A DNA stretch of 64,000 bases from Felis catus (taxonomy: Eukaryota): the NCBI RefSeq assembly GCF_018350175.1, contig NC_058368.1, positions 89,778,001-89,842,000 of the forward strand, read 5' to 3'. Made by a program: the position numbers and the translations under genes. The notes below the pieces were generated by a model. It ran no database searches and was not told the origin of the DNA. It worked only from the letters and a program-made list of their open reading frames with translations. This document shows positions 14,234 through 25,180 of the stretch, piece by piece (positions within the stretch are counted from its first letter, which is position 1; each line of letters begins with the position of its first letter).

Positions 14234-14450
14234 GGGGCACCTGGGTGGCTCGGTTGGTTAAGTGTCCTGACTTCAGTTCAGGTCATGATCTTACACTTTG
14301 TAGGTTCGAACTCTGCGTTGGGCTCTGTGCTGACAGCTCAGAGCCTGGAGCCTGCTTCAGATTCTGTCTCCCTCTCTCTATGTCCCTCCCCTGCTCATGT
14401 TCTATCTCTCTCTGAGAGATATTTAATGAATACACATTAAAAAAAAATTT
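14234..14450 (+). mobile_element. CanSINE
   Basis: Head, CT tract, A tail. Confidence 0.88.
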
Positions 14451-15165
14451 TTTTAAATACGGTGTGGAATAAGAAACTATATTTGTATTTACATATGTAT
14501 GGAAGGACTCCAGAGGTGTATAAAAGAAACTAATAACCCTGTGTATGAATGCATACGTGTGTGCATGCTGGGAGGTATAACGGGAAAAGGGGGATGAAAG
14601 GGAGACTTCCACCGTATACTTTATATTCTCCATGTCCCCTTTTCCTGTGATGTCCTTAACTCCACTTTCTCCTGGCTAATATCATTAACTCAGTAGTCAG
14701 CTATTCTAGGATGTTTTCCCTGATCCTGCCAAGCTGGCTAAGACCGTCTTAAAGAAAAGATAATATAATAGGTCAAGCTTTCTGTCCTGTATTTATCATG
14801 GTTTTATAATTATCTTCTTGTGGGAGTCTTCTATAGCCTGTAAGATTCCTGAAACCTTATGTCTCATCACCTTCCACATCAGAAGTCTCAGAGTAAATGA
14901 ATAACATGTAAGTGATTTCCAGTAAGTTAGTGATGGCCTCAAAACTAGTATTGTACATGTTCAGCCTCCACTTGAGTTTCCCTCCTCTCTTGTTTACCTG
15001 TCCTCACTCTAGACTTCCCTAGAGTAGACATCAGGGTCACCGAGAGGGTGGACAGCTGCACAAGCTGTTAACATTCTGAAAGCTACTTGACTCTGGAGTT
15101 ACACTTACCACAATTACCAAAAAGAGCTAAATGTAGTACTATCTTTAAAAAATTCAGAAGAACTT

Positions 15166-15331
15166 GGGACGCCTAGGTGGCTTGGTCAATAAAGCATCCA
15201 ACTTCAGCTCAGGTCATGATCTAACAGTTCATGAGTTCGAGCCCCATGCCAGGCTCTCTCTGCTGTCAGTGCAGAGCCTGCTTTGGATCCTCTGTTCCCT
15301 CTCTCTCTGCCCCCAACCCTCACTCATGCAT

Positions 15332-15374
<43 letters not shown>

Positions 15375-15393
15375 AATAAACATTAAAAAAAAA
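15166..15393 (+). mobile_element. CanSINE
   Basis: Head, (CT)n, aataaa, poly(A) abutting the L1 that follows. Confidence 0.88.
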
Positions 15394-15396
15394 ATC

Positions 15397-16396
15397 ATAC
15401 TGGCACAAAAACAGGCACTCAGACCAATGGAACAGAATACAGAACCCAAAAATAGACTCACAAACATATGACCAACTAAATCTTTGACAAAGCAGGAAAG
15501 AATATCCAATGGATAGACAGTCTCTTCAGTAAGTGGTGGTGGGAAAGCTGGCCAGTGACATGGAGAAAAATGAACCTGGACCACTTTCTTCCCCATACAC
15601 AAAAATAAACTCAAAATGGATGAAAGACCTCAATGTAAGACAGGAAGCCATCAAAATCCTCGAGGAGAAAGCAGGCAAAAATCTCTTTGATCTTTGCTGC
15701 AGCAATTTCTTACTCAACACATCTCCGGAGGCAAGGGAAACAGAAGCAAAAATGAACTATTGGGACCACATCAAAATAAAAGGCTTCTGCACAGCAAAGG
15801 AAACAATCAGCAAAATGGAAAGGCAACCGACAGAATGGGAGAAGATATTTGCAAATGACATATCAGATAAAAGGTTAGTATCCAAAATCTATAAAGAACT
15901 TATCACACTCAACACCCAAAAAACAAATAATCCAGTGAAGAAATTGGCAAAAGACATGAACAGACACTTCTCCAAAGAAGACATCCAGATGGCCAACTGA
16001 CACATGAAAAAATGTTCAACATCACTCATCATTAGGGAAATACAAATCAAAACCACAGTGAGATCCCACCTCACACCTGTCAGAATGGCTCACATTAACA
16101 ACTCAGGCAACAACAGATGTTAGCAAGGATGTGGAGAAAGAGGATCTCTTTTGTACTGCTGGTGGGAATGCAAACTGGTGCAGCCACTCTGGAAAACAAT
16201 ATGAAGGTTCCTCAAAAAATTAAAAATAGAACTACCCTACGATCCAGCAACTGCACTACTAGGTATTTATCCAAGGGATACAGGTGTGCTGTTTCAAAGG
16301 GACATATGCACCCCAATGTTTCTAGCAGAACGATCAACAATAGCCAAAGTATGGAAAGAGCCCAAATGTTCATTGATGGATGAATGGATAAAGAAG

Positions 16397-16491
<95 letters not shown>

Positions 16492-16855
16492 TGGAGTATT
16501 ACTCGGCAATCAAAAAGAATGAAATCTTGCCATTTGCAACTACATGGATGGAACTAGGGGTACTATGCTAAATGAAATTAGTCAGAGAAAGACAAATATC
16601 ATAGGACTTCACTCATGAGGAATTTAAGACACAAAACAGATGAACACAAGGGAAGGGAAGCAAAAGTAATATAAAAACAGGGAGGGGGAGAAAACATAAA
16701 AGACTCTTAAATATGGAGAACAGACGGTTACTAGAGGGGTTGTGGGAGGGGGGATGTGGGCTAAATGGGTATGGGGCATTAAGGAATCTACTCTGGAAAT
16801 CATTGTTGCACTATACGCTAACTTGGATGTTAATTTTAAAAAATTCTAAAAAAAG
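15397..16855 (+). mobile_element. 5'-truncated carnivore/felid L1 (ORF2 C-terminus plus 3'UTR)
   Basis: ORF 15533-16000 ([25 protein letters not shown]...[12 protein letters not shown]) is L1 ORF2, followed by an L1 3'UTR and an A-rich tail. Confidence 0.93.
16398..16488. repeat. Inverted compound microsatellite (TG)n-(TATG)n-(CA)n within the L1
   Basis: (TG)n at 16398-16430, gtacgtac at 16441-16448, (AC)n to 16488. Confidence 0.95.
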
Positions 16856-17060
16856 AAAATCAGAAGAACCTGATCCAGAATTTCAGCAACATGGTCTACC
16901 ACTCTTCATGGAAAAACATGAAGAAAGCTTACTCAAACTAGACTCAAACTCAATGGAAGCCTTCAAAATGTCAGAAAATGTCACAAACTAGAAAAGGCTA
17001 ATGTGTGACCCTACAGCTAAAGGCACCTGATTTATAGATCATTTAAAAACTACCAAGGAG

Positions 17061-17750
17061 GACCCCCCGCCCTCCAAGGCCCCTGCACCCACTCTCCTGG
17101 GTGCCCAGCAGGCAAAGGTGCTGGAGGACATGCTGTGGGAGCAGTCTGAGCCGCTGCCCTAGCTGGCCACCATCTGCCAGTTCAAGTGGTTACCTCCAAC
17201 TGGTGCTGGAGCAGGAGCACGTGGCCAACACCAAAGAGTATGAGTGGATAAAAAAATCTGAACTTCGGTTTTGCCAAACTGAAGGCACTTGTGCTATTTC
17301 TTCCCCAGAGCAGGAAGCACAGCAAAGCTGATATCCTTAAAGGTGCAACTGAATACATGTAAGTTCCCAGTGATATTTTCAAAAGAGCCAAAGACTCAGA
17401 AGAAAATCCAGATCACCAGAACTATAGCAACAATACTTCTGAACCACATATATCCTTGGCTTGAAATCTATCGAGAAACAACACCCAATATGCCAGCTGT
17501 ATTGTGGGCTTGAAGAATGAGGAGGAAAGGCCCGGGGCAGATGGTAGCAGTGGTGAGTCAGCATACACTTAGTCGCCAGAGCATGATGTCTAGGACTGGA
17601 GAGATCTCCCCAACCGGGAGTCTGGACAGATTCTTAGAAGTGGATGTCCTGAGTCACAGGCTTCCCCAAGTATGCGAAGTGAAAAGGCCAGACCAGGCCT
17701 ACCTTCTAGAGACACATGCAGTCTTGAAAGTTTAAAAAAAAAAAAAAAAA
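17061..17750 (+). pseudogene. FIGLA: Processed pseudogene of FIGLA (folliculogenesis-specific bHLH), antisense within CNOT6 intron 2
   Basis: Piecewise translation DPPPSKAPAPTLLGAQQAKVLEDMLWEQSEPLP*LATICQFKWLP / LQLVLEQEHVANTKEYEWIK / NLNFGFAKLKALVLFLPQSRKHSKADILKGATEYM*VPSDIF... / ...EISPTGSLDRFLEVDVLSHRLPQV is collinear with FIGLA as I recall it. Intronless, with stops and frameshifts, poly(A) at 17734-17753, and TSD aaaaactaccaaggag (17045-17060) / aaagactcccaaggag (17751-17766). Confidence 0.9.
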
Positions 17751-18399
17751 AAAGACTCCCAAGGAGTCCAGACCTAAGTTCCTATATCCTGGAAAGTTCC
17801 TTAGTGTGACTCTGGTCAGTATTATCTCCCCCTACCTGCACTGCTGCCTCAAGGGCCTGGAACAAGTACCTGTTCTGGGCTACAGATGTACCTCAAAAGC
17901 AGGCAGTCACAGTGCTGCCACAACACAATGGAAGAACAAGAGGAACATGAAAGTTGTTTGTTATCTGCAGATTCTTTACGTAGAATTAAAAAATTTGTAT
18001 AGATCTGAATTTCAGCTTCCTGTAACAACAAAATAATTTGCTGTTGACCAACCACCCTACTGAAGGAAAGAAAAACTAGATGAAAACTGGGTACAAAACA
18101 CAAAAATGAATTTGAAAGCACCAGAGAACTACCAAGGCAGCAAAGAGATGAGAGACAAAGAGCTCAGAAGAGAAGTACCAGGTAGGACAGGTCCCACATT
18201 ACCTTTGGCAAAATATGCAGAATCACAAGCAGCTAAGGCAAGTAGATGAGGCGAAAGCAGAGAGGCTGAGGTGCTAAGCAAAGCTTTAATCCCTCTTCCA
18301 CCGCTGGGGAAACAACACAGGAATTCGGGAACCATCACAGAAGACCCTGCTAAATCATCAAGATTCTAGTTAGGATCTATAAATGGTGGGGGGGTGGGG

Positions 18400-18600
18400 A
18401 GGGGGTGCCTGGATGGCTCAGTTGGTTAAGCTCAGGTCATGATCTCACAATTTGTGAGTTCAAGCCCCGCATAGGGCTCCCATGCTGACAGCGCAGAGCC
18501 TGCTTGGGACTCTCTGTCTCCTGCTATCTCTTTCTGCCCCTCCCCTGCTCATGCTCATACTTCCTCTCAAAAATAAATAAATAAACTTAAAAAAAAAAAG
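18400..18600 (+). mobile_element. CanSINE
   Basis: Head, CT tract, poly(A); flanked by gatctataaatg on both sides. Confidence 0.85.
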
Positions 18601-18823
18601 AAGATCTATAAATGTAGTAAGTATGACCTGCAATAAGCCAACCCAATGAACACCACACAAAAGGAGATAAATCCTTGATTAGATTATGGTCAGCTGCTCC
18701 TACCGTGACTACCTGCTCAAGGACAAAAGTAAATCCACCCGTAAGGAAAAAGAACACCATCCAGACTATCAAATTATTCTACCATTTCATACAATTTCCA
18801 GAACTCAATGAAAATCACCAAAG

Positions 18824-19148
18824 TGGGGTGACTGGGTGGCTCAAGTAAGTGTCTGACTCTTCATTTTGGCTCAGGTCATGATCTCACAGCTATGAGATCA
18901 AGCTCTGCAGCAGGATTCACATGGAGCCTCCTTAAGATTCGCTCTCTGCCCCTCCCCCGCTCATGTGCATAGGCACACTCTCTCCCTCTTTCTGAAAGAG
19001 AGAGAGAGAAGGAAGGAAGGAGGAAAGGAAAGGAAAAGAAAGGAAAGGAAAGGAAAAGAAAGGAAAGGAAAGGAAAGGAAAGGAAAGGAAAGGAAAGGAA
19101 GGAAGGAAGGAAGGAAGGAAGGAAGGAAGGAAGGAAGGAAGGAAGGAA

Positions 19149-19206
<58 letters not shown>

Positions 19207-19208
19207 AA
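18824..19208 (+). repeat. CanSINE with compound purine STR tail (GA)n-(GGAAA)n-(GGAA)n-(GAAA)n
   Basis: SINE body 18824-18995, STR ~18998-19208; flanks aaaatcaccaaagt / aaaattaccaaagt form a TSD. Confidence 0.9.
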
Positions 19209-19319
19209 ATTACCAAAGTATTGAAAACCAAAAGAAAAAGGAAAAAAAAACAAAACAGAACTCCCAGGAGATTTGGATATTGGAGTTATCAGACACAATC
19301 TTAAAAAAAAAACTATGAT

Positions 19320-19512
19320 GGGGGCACTGGGGGGCTTGGATGGTTGAGCAATCAACTTCAGCTCAGGTCATAACCTTGCAGTTCATGGGTCTGAGCCCTA
19401 CATCAGACTCCCTGCTGTCAGCACAGAGCCCACTTTGGAGCCTCTGTCCTCCTCTGCCCCTCTCCCACTTGCACTGTCTCAAAAATAAACAAACATTGAA
19501 AAAAAAAAAAAA
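19320..19512 (+). mobile_element. CanSINE
   Basis: Head, CT tract, A tail; ctatgatgg flanks both sides. Confidence 0.85.
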
Positions 19513-19529
19513 CAAACCTATGATGGACT

Positions 19530-20576
19530 TGCATTTTAGGCAAGAGTGACACATACTAGATTTACCCTCCTACATAAAACAACTAAAAACCAAACAAATA
19601 TATGAAAAATTGAGTTTCAGACATTAGACATCAAGTAGCACGGGACAATAATCATTGACAGATGGGACATAGACAAGGTGAGCCTTTGTGACAGTTGTGC
19701 CTGGACGGCTTCCTTAGAGTGGTGTGGGGAGATGGAACCCAAGTGGAGTCTGGTGGTCTATGTGAATTGAGATGAAGCTGTCAGTCCAGGGACATCAAGG
19801 TGGCTACAGTTCACAGGGCAAAGTGCCAGAGAGAGCTACACAGATAGAAAGCTCTAAAGATCTGAAGATCCTCCTGAGTCTTCAGCTGAGTAATGATCAG
19901 CAAATGCATATGAACAGAATCTGAGACCAGAGATGGGGGAGGACAAACAGAAAAGGGAAGAGGAAACAAACCATAGATAGATCACACAGGACCAGGAATA
20001 GTTTGTGTTCCCATCAGATGGAAAATTTCATAATTCAGAGAATTTAGAAAGGTAGTACTTAAAGCAGATCTTGAGAAAAATCAAACTGTTTCCAAATAAT
20101 TCAACTGCATCCCAGAACAAAGTTCAGGAGTATTTATAGGAGTACAAAACCATCAAGCACCCAAAAAAGTAAAATTCACAATGCAATGTGACTAATACAA
20201 AATTACCAGACATGCAAAAGGAGAGAAAGAAAAAGAGCAATGGGTAGAGGGAAAGTGAAAAGGAATCATAACCAATCCAATCTATCTAAAAAGACAGAAT
20301 TAGCAAATAAGGACATTAAAAGTTATTTTAACTGTATTACATACCCTCAAAAAGGTAGAGGCAAAATGTTAAGTAAAGGCATGGAAGATTAAAAAAAAAA
20401 CACACTTTTAACTTCTAGTTATGGAAAATACACTATTACTGGATGAGATTAACAGCAAATTAGATATTGTAAAAATTAATGAAATTAAAGACAGCAATAA
20501 AAACTGTCTAAAAGAAAAAAAAGGAACAAATTAATAAACAGGTTTAGTGAGCTATAAGGCAACTTCAAGATACAAG
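19530..20576 (+). mobile_element. Old L1M 5' region
   Basis: Shares motifs with 1975-2880 (aaactgtttc...aactg.atccca.aa.aaagttca); continues as ORF1-like sequence after 22222. Confidence 0.6.
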
Positions 20577-20639
20577 TACAGTAAAACCTTAGATTCTGAG
20601 TAACTTCTTCTCTTAGTGTTCCACAAGTAAACATTTCTT

Positions 20640-20862
20640 TTTAAAAAAAATTTTTTTTAATGTTTATTCATTTTTTGAGAGAGAAGAGAGACAGAGCATG
20701 AGTGGGAGAGGGGAGAGAGAAAGAGGGAGACACAGAATCCAAAGCGGGCTCCAGGATCTGAGCTATCAGCACAGAGCCTGACATGGGGCCCAAACTCATG
20801 AACCACAAGTTCATGACCTAGCCGAAGTCAGATGCTTAACTGACTGAGCCACCCAGGTGCAC
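20640..20862 (-). mobile_element. CanSINE nested in the DNA transposon
   Basis: Reverse-complement SINE; aaacatttct on both flanks. Confidence 0.88.
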
Positions 20863-21351
20863 CGATGACCAAACATTTCTAGCACATTTTAACTTGAAAA
20901 ACGAGCCATGTCTTGCAATAAGAGTAGTATATGACGCTGAACGTCACATGATCACAACTGAGCCAATGGTTCTTTCTCTCTCTCATTGCAGGATTGTGGG
21001 TGATCCTCTCCCATGGCTGTGGTGCTTGCAGAAATCAGTGATTTCTTTTAGAATGTTGGAAGGGCACTAGTGTTATTTTTTGTCACTTCAAAGCACCTAT
21101 GGACAGTCCTTTTCCACAAAAGAGTAAGCTTAGGAATTCTTTGCTTCATTCTAGGTCAGGCTGCCTGCAGGGACCCTTTCCTCTGTCTTACTGCCAGTTA
21201 CATTAACTACAGTATATAACAAGAGTTTATTAATACTGCACTGTAGTAAACATCCATGAGAGCACATACAATGGCTCCCATGCAGAAAAAGGTTGAAAAG
21301 AAAGGCTGTAAGAAGGAGATGATTACAGTGGAAGTGAAGAAGAACATCATG

Positions 21352-21565
21352 GAGGGACGCCTTAGGTGGCTCAGCCGGTTGAGCGACCAACTTCAGCTCA
21401 GGTCATGATCTCACGGTTTGTGAGTTCGAGCCCCACATCAGGTTCTGTGCTGACAGCTCAGAGCCTGGAGCCTGCTTCTGATTCTGTGTCTCCCTCTCTC
21501 TCTGCCCCTCCCCCACTCATGCTCTGTCTCTGTCTCAGAAATAAACATTTAAAACAAAAAAAAGC
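21352..21565 (+). mobile_element. CanSINE interrupting the transposase remnant
   Basis: Full head, CT tract, A tail. Confidence 0.9.
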
Positions 21566-23876
21566 AAATCATCCAGAAGCATGAATGAGGTATGAGGGTG
21601 GCCGAAATTGAAAGATTTTGTAAGAAGTCTACATGTGCATCTCATCTGTAGAGAAGGAGGAGAAAAGGCAAAGGGATCCCTCACTTCAAATGAGATTAGG
21701 GAGATGTGTAAAATGTGGGAAACAGTCCAAAATTTTGTAAAAAAGCACCACCTGAATAAGGCTGTGGCAGTGCAAGTGATGAATCTGTTTCACAATAATA
21801 CAATATTCCATTTCTGAGAAATCCTCAATGACAAAAGCCAAGTGTCATTGGATAGGTTCCTTGTTAAAGCTGCACCAAAAGAAAAAGATTCCATTGAGCC
21901 AATGAGTAACAGTGATTCCGTTAGGGATACTGGAAGTTGTCCTACACAATAACCCTCCTCTCTCATCTACCTCACATCAGTCATGAAGGTTTTCAAAGGT
22001 AAGTGCAGGTTAATTTGTTTATTTTTCTTTATAATTTTGTATTTTCTTTATTATTTTGTATTATATTACAGTATTGTAATCATTTTTATATGCATATTTT
22101 TGGTTGTGGAACAAATCATCTGAGTTTCCATTATTATGTGGAAATTTGCTTTGATAGACAAGTGCTTTCTTTGGAGAATGTTTCTGGAACGAATTATACT
22201 CACAAACCAAGGTTTTACTATAACTGTATTCCAAAAAAGGTGGGGAGTGGAGGGAAGAATATAAAAAATTACTTAAAGAGTAGCCTAAACTCTTTCAAAT
22301 TTTCTGAAAACTATTAACCTACAGATCCAAGAGGTTCAACAAAACCTAAGCACAAGAAAAAAAAAAGACACCAAAATACATCATAATCACATTGCTTAAA
22401 ACCAGTAATAAAGAAAAAAATCTTAAAGCAGCCACAGAAAAGGGACATACATAAAAGAGGCAAGGGTAAGAACAACAGCAGACTGCTCATCAAAAACAAT
22501 GCAAGCACAAAGATGGAACAGGATCTTTAAAGTACTTCAAGATGAAAACTGTTAACCCAGAATTCTATACCCAGAAAAATTATCTTACAAAAAAGAAGGC
22601 AAAATAAAAAGACTTTTCAAACATGAAACCTGAACAAACCAGCAAGCATACCTCCACCACAGGAAATACTAAGGGGAAGTCCTTCAATCAGACAGAAAAT
22701 GAGAACAGAAAAAAACTTGCCTATACGCAAAGAATCAAGAACACTGGAAACAGTAAGTACATGGGTAAATAAAAACAACTTTTCCTAATACTTCAGTGTT
22801 TAAAGCAAAAATAACAATATATTGTGAGATTTATAACACATATAAGGAAAATATATGACAGCAACAGCACAAACACCAGGAGAAAAGAAACAAGTAGACT
22901 GTTAAAACTCTCATACTAAATATGAAGTAAAAGAATATAACTTGATATACTTTGTATTATTAACCCTAAAGAATTAGACATTATTAAACAAAGAATTATA
23001 GCTTACTAGTCAACAAGGAGATAAAATGCAATTTTACAAAAAATACGGAGTTAATTCAAAATGAAAAAGGCAACAAAAAAAGATTATGAAAATGGAAAAT
23101 AAATCACATGACAACAGATTTAAGCCCAACTAAAAGAACTGAAAAGAGAGAAACCAGCTAGTATCCACTGGAAGCACCTGAGAACATCATCACAGCTGGC
23201 AGGAGTTTAGTGCAACTCAATTATGAGAGCAAAGTGTCCACAATAAGTCAAAAAAGCAGTCTGGACCCCAGGAATTCCAAAAACTGGCCAGCCAAGGCCC
23301 CCCACTGTGGGGGGGGGGGCCAGGGGGGACACGGACACTCTCTAAAAATGAGAGCAGGGAACAGAATCAGGAAGTTTCACTCTGCAAAAACCAGAAGAGG
23401 AAGCTCTAAAGTTAGAAAAACAATCCTGAATCACACCTTCTAAAAGTTCAGAAAAATGAAGTTTAAATAAAAATGAACAGAAAAGTTATATGGTCAAATC
23501 TCATAGAAGCTATTAAGTTTTTTTAAAAGTTACCAGAATAACTAAACTCCCTATGGACAAGGAAAGCATACCACAAACATGCTCAAAAAACTACTTATAA
23601 TTTCAAACGGAGCTAAAAATTTGACATTAAGAAATGATTAAAAAAAACATAAATAAGAATTAGAAAAACTCAGTAAAGGAAAACTAAACTACCAAGAACT
23701 TAATGATGAATAACCACAAAAAGAGTATGCTTTTACAAAAAGAGGAAATTTTTTAAAATCACAAATAAATGAAGAACTAAGGGTTCAGAATCAATTGTTT
23801 TGTTATACACCAGCAATGAACAATTGGAATTTGACATTAAAAACAGCAATACCATTAGCACCCCAAAAATGAAATA

Positions 23877-24105
23877 CAGTAAAATCTTGATTTGCGAGCA
23901 TAATTTGTTCCAGAAACATGCTTATAATCCAAAGCATTCGTATATCAGTGAATTTCAAGAACCCGTCTCAGTTGTGATCATGTGAGATTCAGCATCACGA
24001 AGGACTCATATTGCAAGCCACTGCTCATTTATCAAGTTAAAATTTATTAGAAATGTTTGTTCATCTTGCAGAACACTCACAGAACAAGTTACAAAGGTTT
24101 TACTG
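23877..24105. mobile_element. MITE of the same family as 20579-22220
   Basis: TA|cagtaaaatcttgatttgcgagc ... aaaggttttactg|TA, inserted at a TA within L1 sequence (gaaaTA...TActta). Confidence 0.85.
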
Positions 24106-24983
24106 TACTTATGTACAGATCTAATAAAATATACACATGACCTGTATGAGGAAAACTAAAACTTTGATGAAAGAAATCAAAGAATTAAATAAATGGTAGA
24201 TATTCCATGTTCAGCAACAGGAAGACTAAATATTATCAAGATGTCAGCTCTTCTCAACTTGACCTATAGATTCAATGCAATCTCAACTGAAAGTACAGCA
24301 AGTTATTTTGTAGATGTTGACAAACTAATTTTAAAGCCTTATATGCAGAGGCAAAAGATCACAAAATAATCAACACAAAATTGAAGGAGAAGAAGCTGGA
24401 GGATTGATGCTAGCTGCCTTCAAGACTTACTCTAAAGCTACAATCATCAAGACAGTGTGGTACCGGCAAAAGAATAGACAGATCAACAGAACCCCAATAC
24501 ATTCATACAGTCAACTGATCTCTGACAAAAGAACAAAGACAATACAATGGAGAAAAGTTTTTCCAACAGATGCGCAGGAGTAACTGGATATCCACAAGCA
24601 AAAAAAAAAAAAAAAAAAAAGTAGATACCTCACACTCTTTATAAAATGAATTCAAAATGGATCACAGACTTAAATGTAAAACACAAAACCATAAAAATCC
24701 TGGAAGATAGTACAGAAGAAAATCTATTGTGATTTGGGTTTGCAATGACTTTTTAGCTATAACACCAAAAGCACAATCCATGAAAGAAATAATAAGCTGG
24801 ACTTCATTAGAATTAATAACTTCTGTTCTGTGAAAGCCACTGTCAAGAGAATGAAAAAACAGGTCACAGACCGGGAGAAGGCATTTGCAAAGACCTATCT
24901 GGTAAAGGACTGTCAATCAAATACACAAAGAACTCTTAAAACTCAACAATAAGGAAACAACCCAATTTAAAACTGGGCAAAAG

Positions 24984-25180
24984 AGGGCACCTAGGTGGCT
25001 CAGTTAAGTTAAACATCCAAATTTGCCTCAGGTCATGATCTCATGGTTCATTAATTCAAGCCCCACATTGGGCTCTGTTCTGAGAGTGGAGACCCCACTT
25101 CGGATCCTCTGTCTCCCTCTCTCTCGGCCTCTCTCCGACTAGTGCTCACTCTCTCTCTCAAAAATAAACATTAAAAGATT
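24984..25180 (+). mobile_element. CanSINE
   Basis: Head, CT tract, aataaacatt tail. Confidence 0.85.

Larger units (their letters stand above)
20579..22220 (+). mobile_element. Internally deleted pogo/Tigger-type DNA transposon with transposase remnants and two nested SINEs
   Basis: TA|cagtaaaaccttagattctgagt ... actcacaaaccaaggttttacta|TA terminal inverted repeats. N-terminal HTH-like remnant from 21271 and C-terminal remnant at ~21655-21870. Confidence 0.85.

Noticed and set aside
15533..16000. 155-aa ORF
   Set aside because: L1 ORF2 C-terminal fragment, not a host gene.
18876..19355. F/L/S-rich and K/E/R-rich ORFs
   Set aside because: Microsatellite translations.
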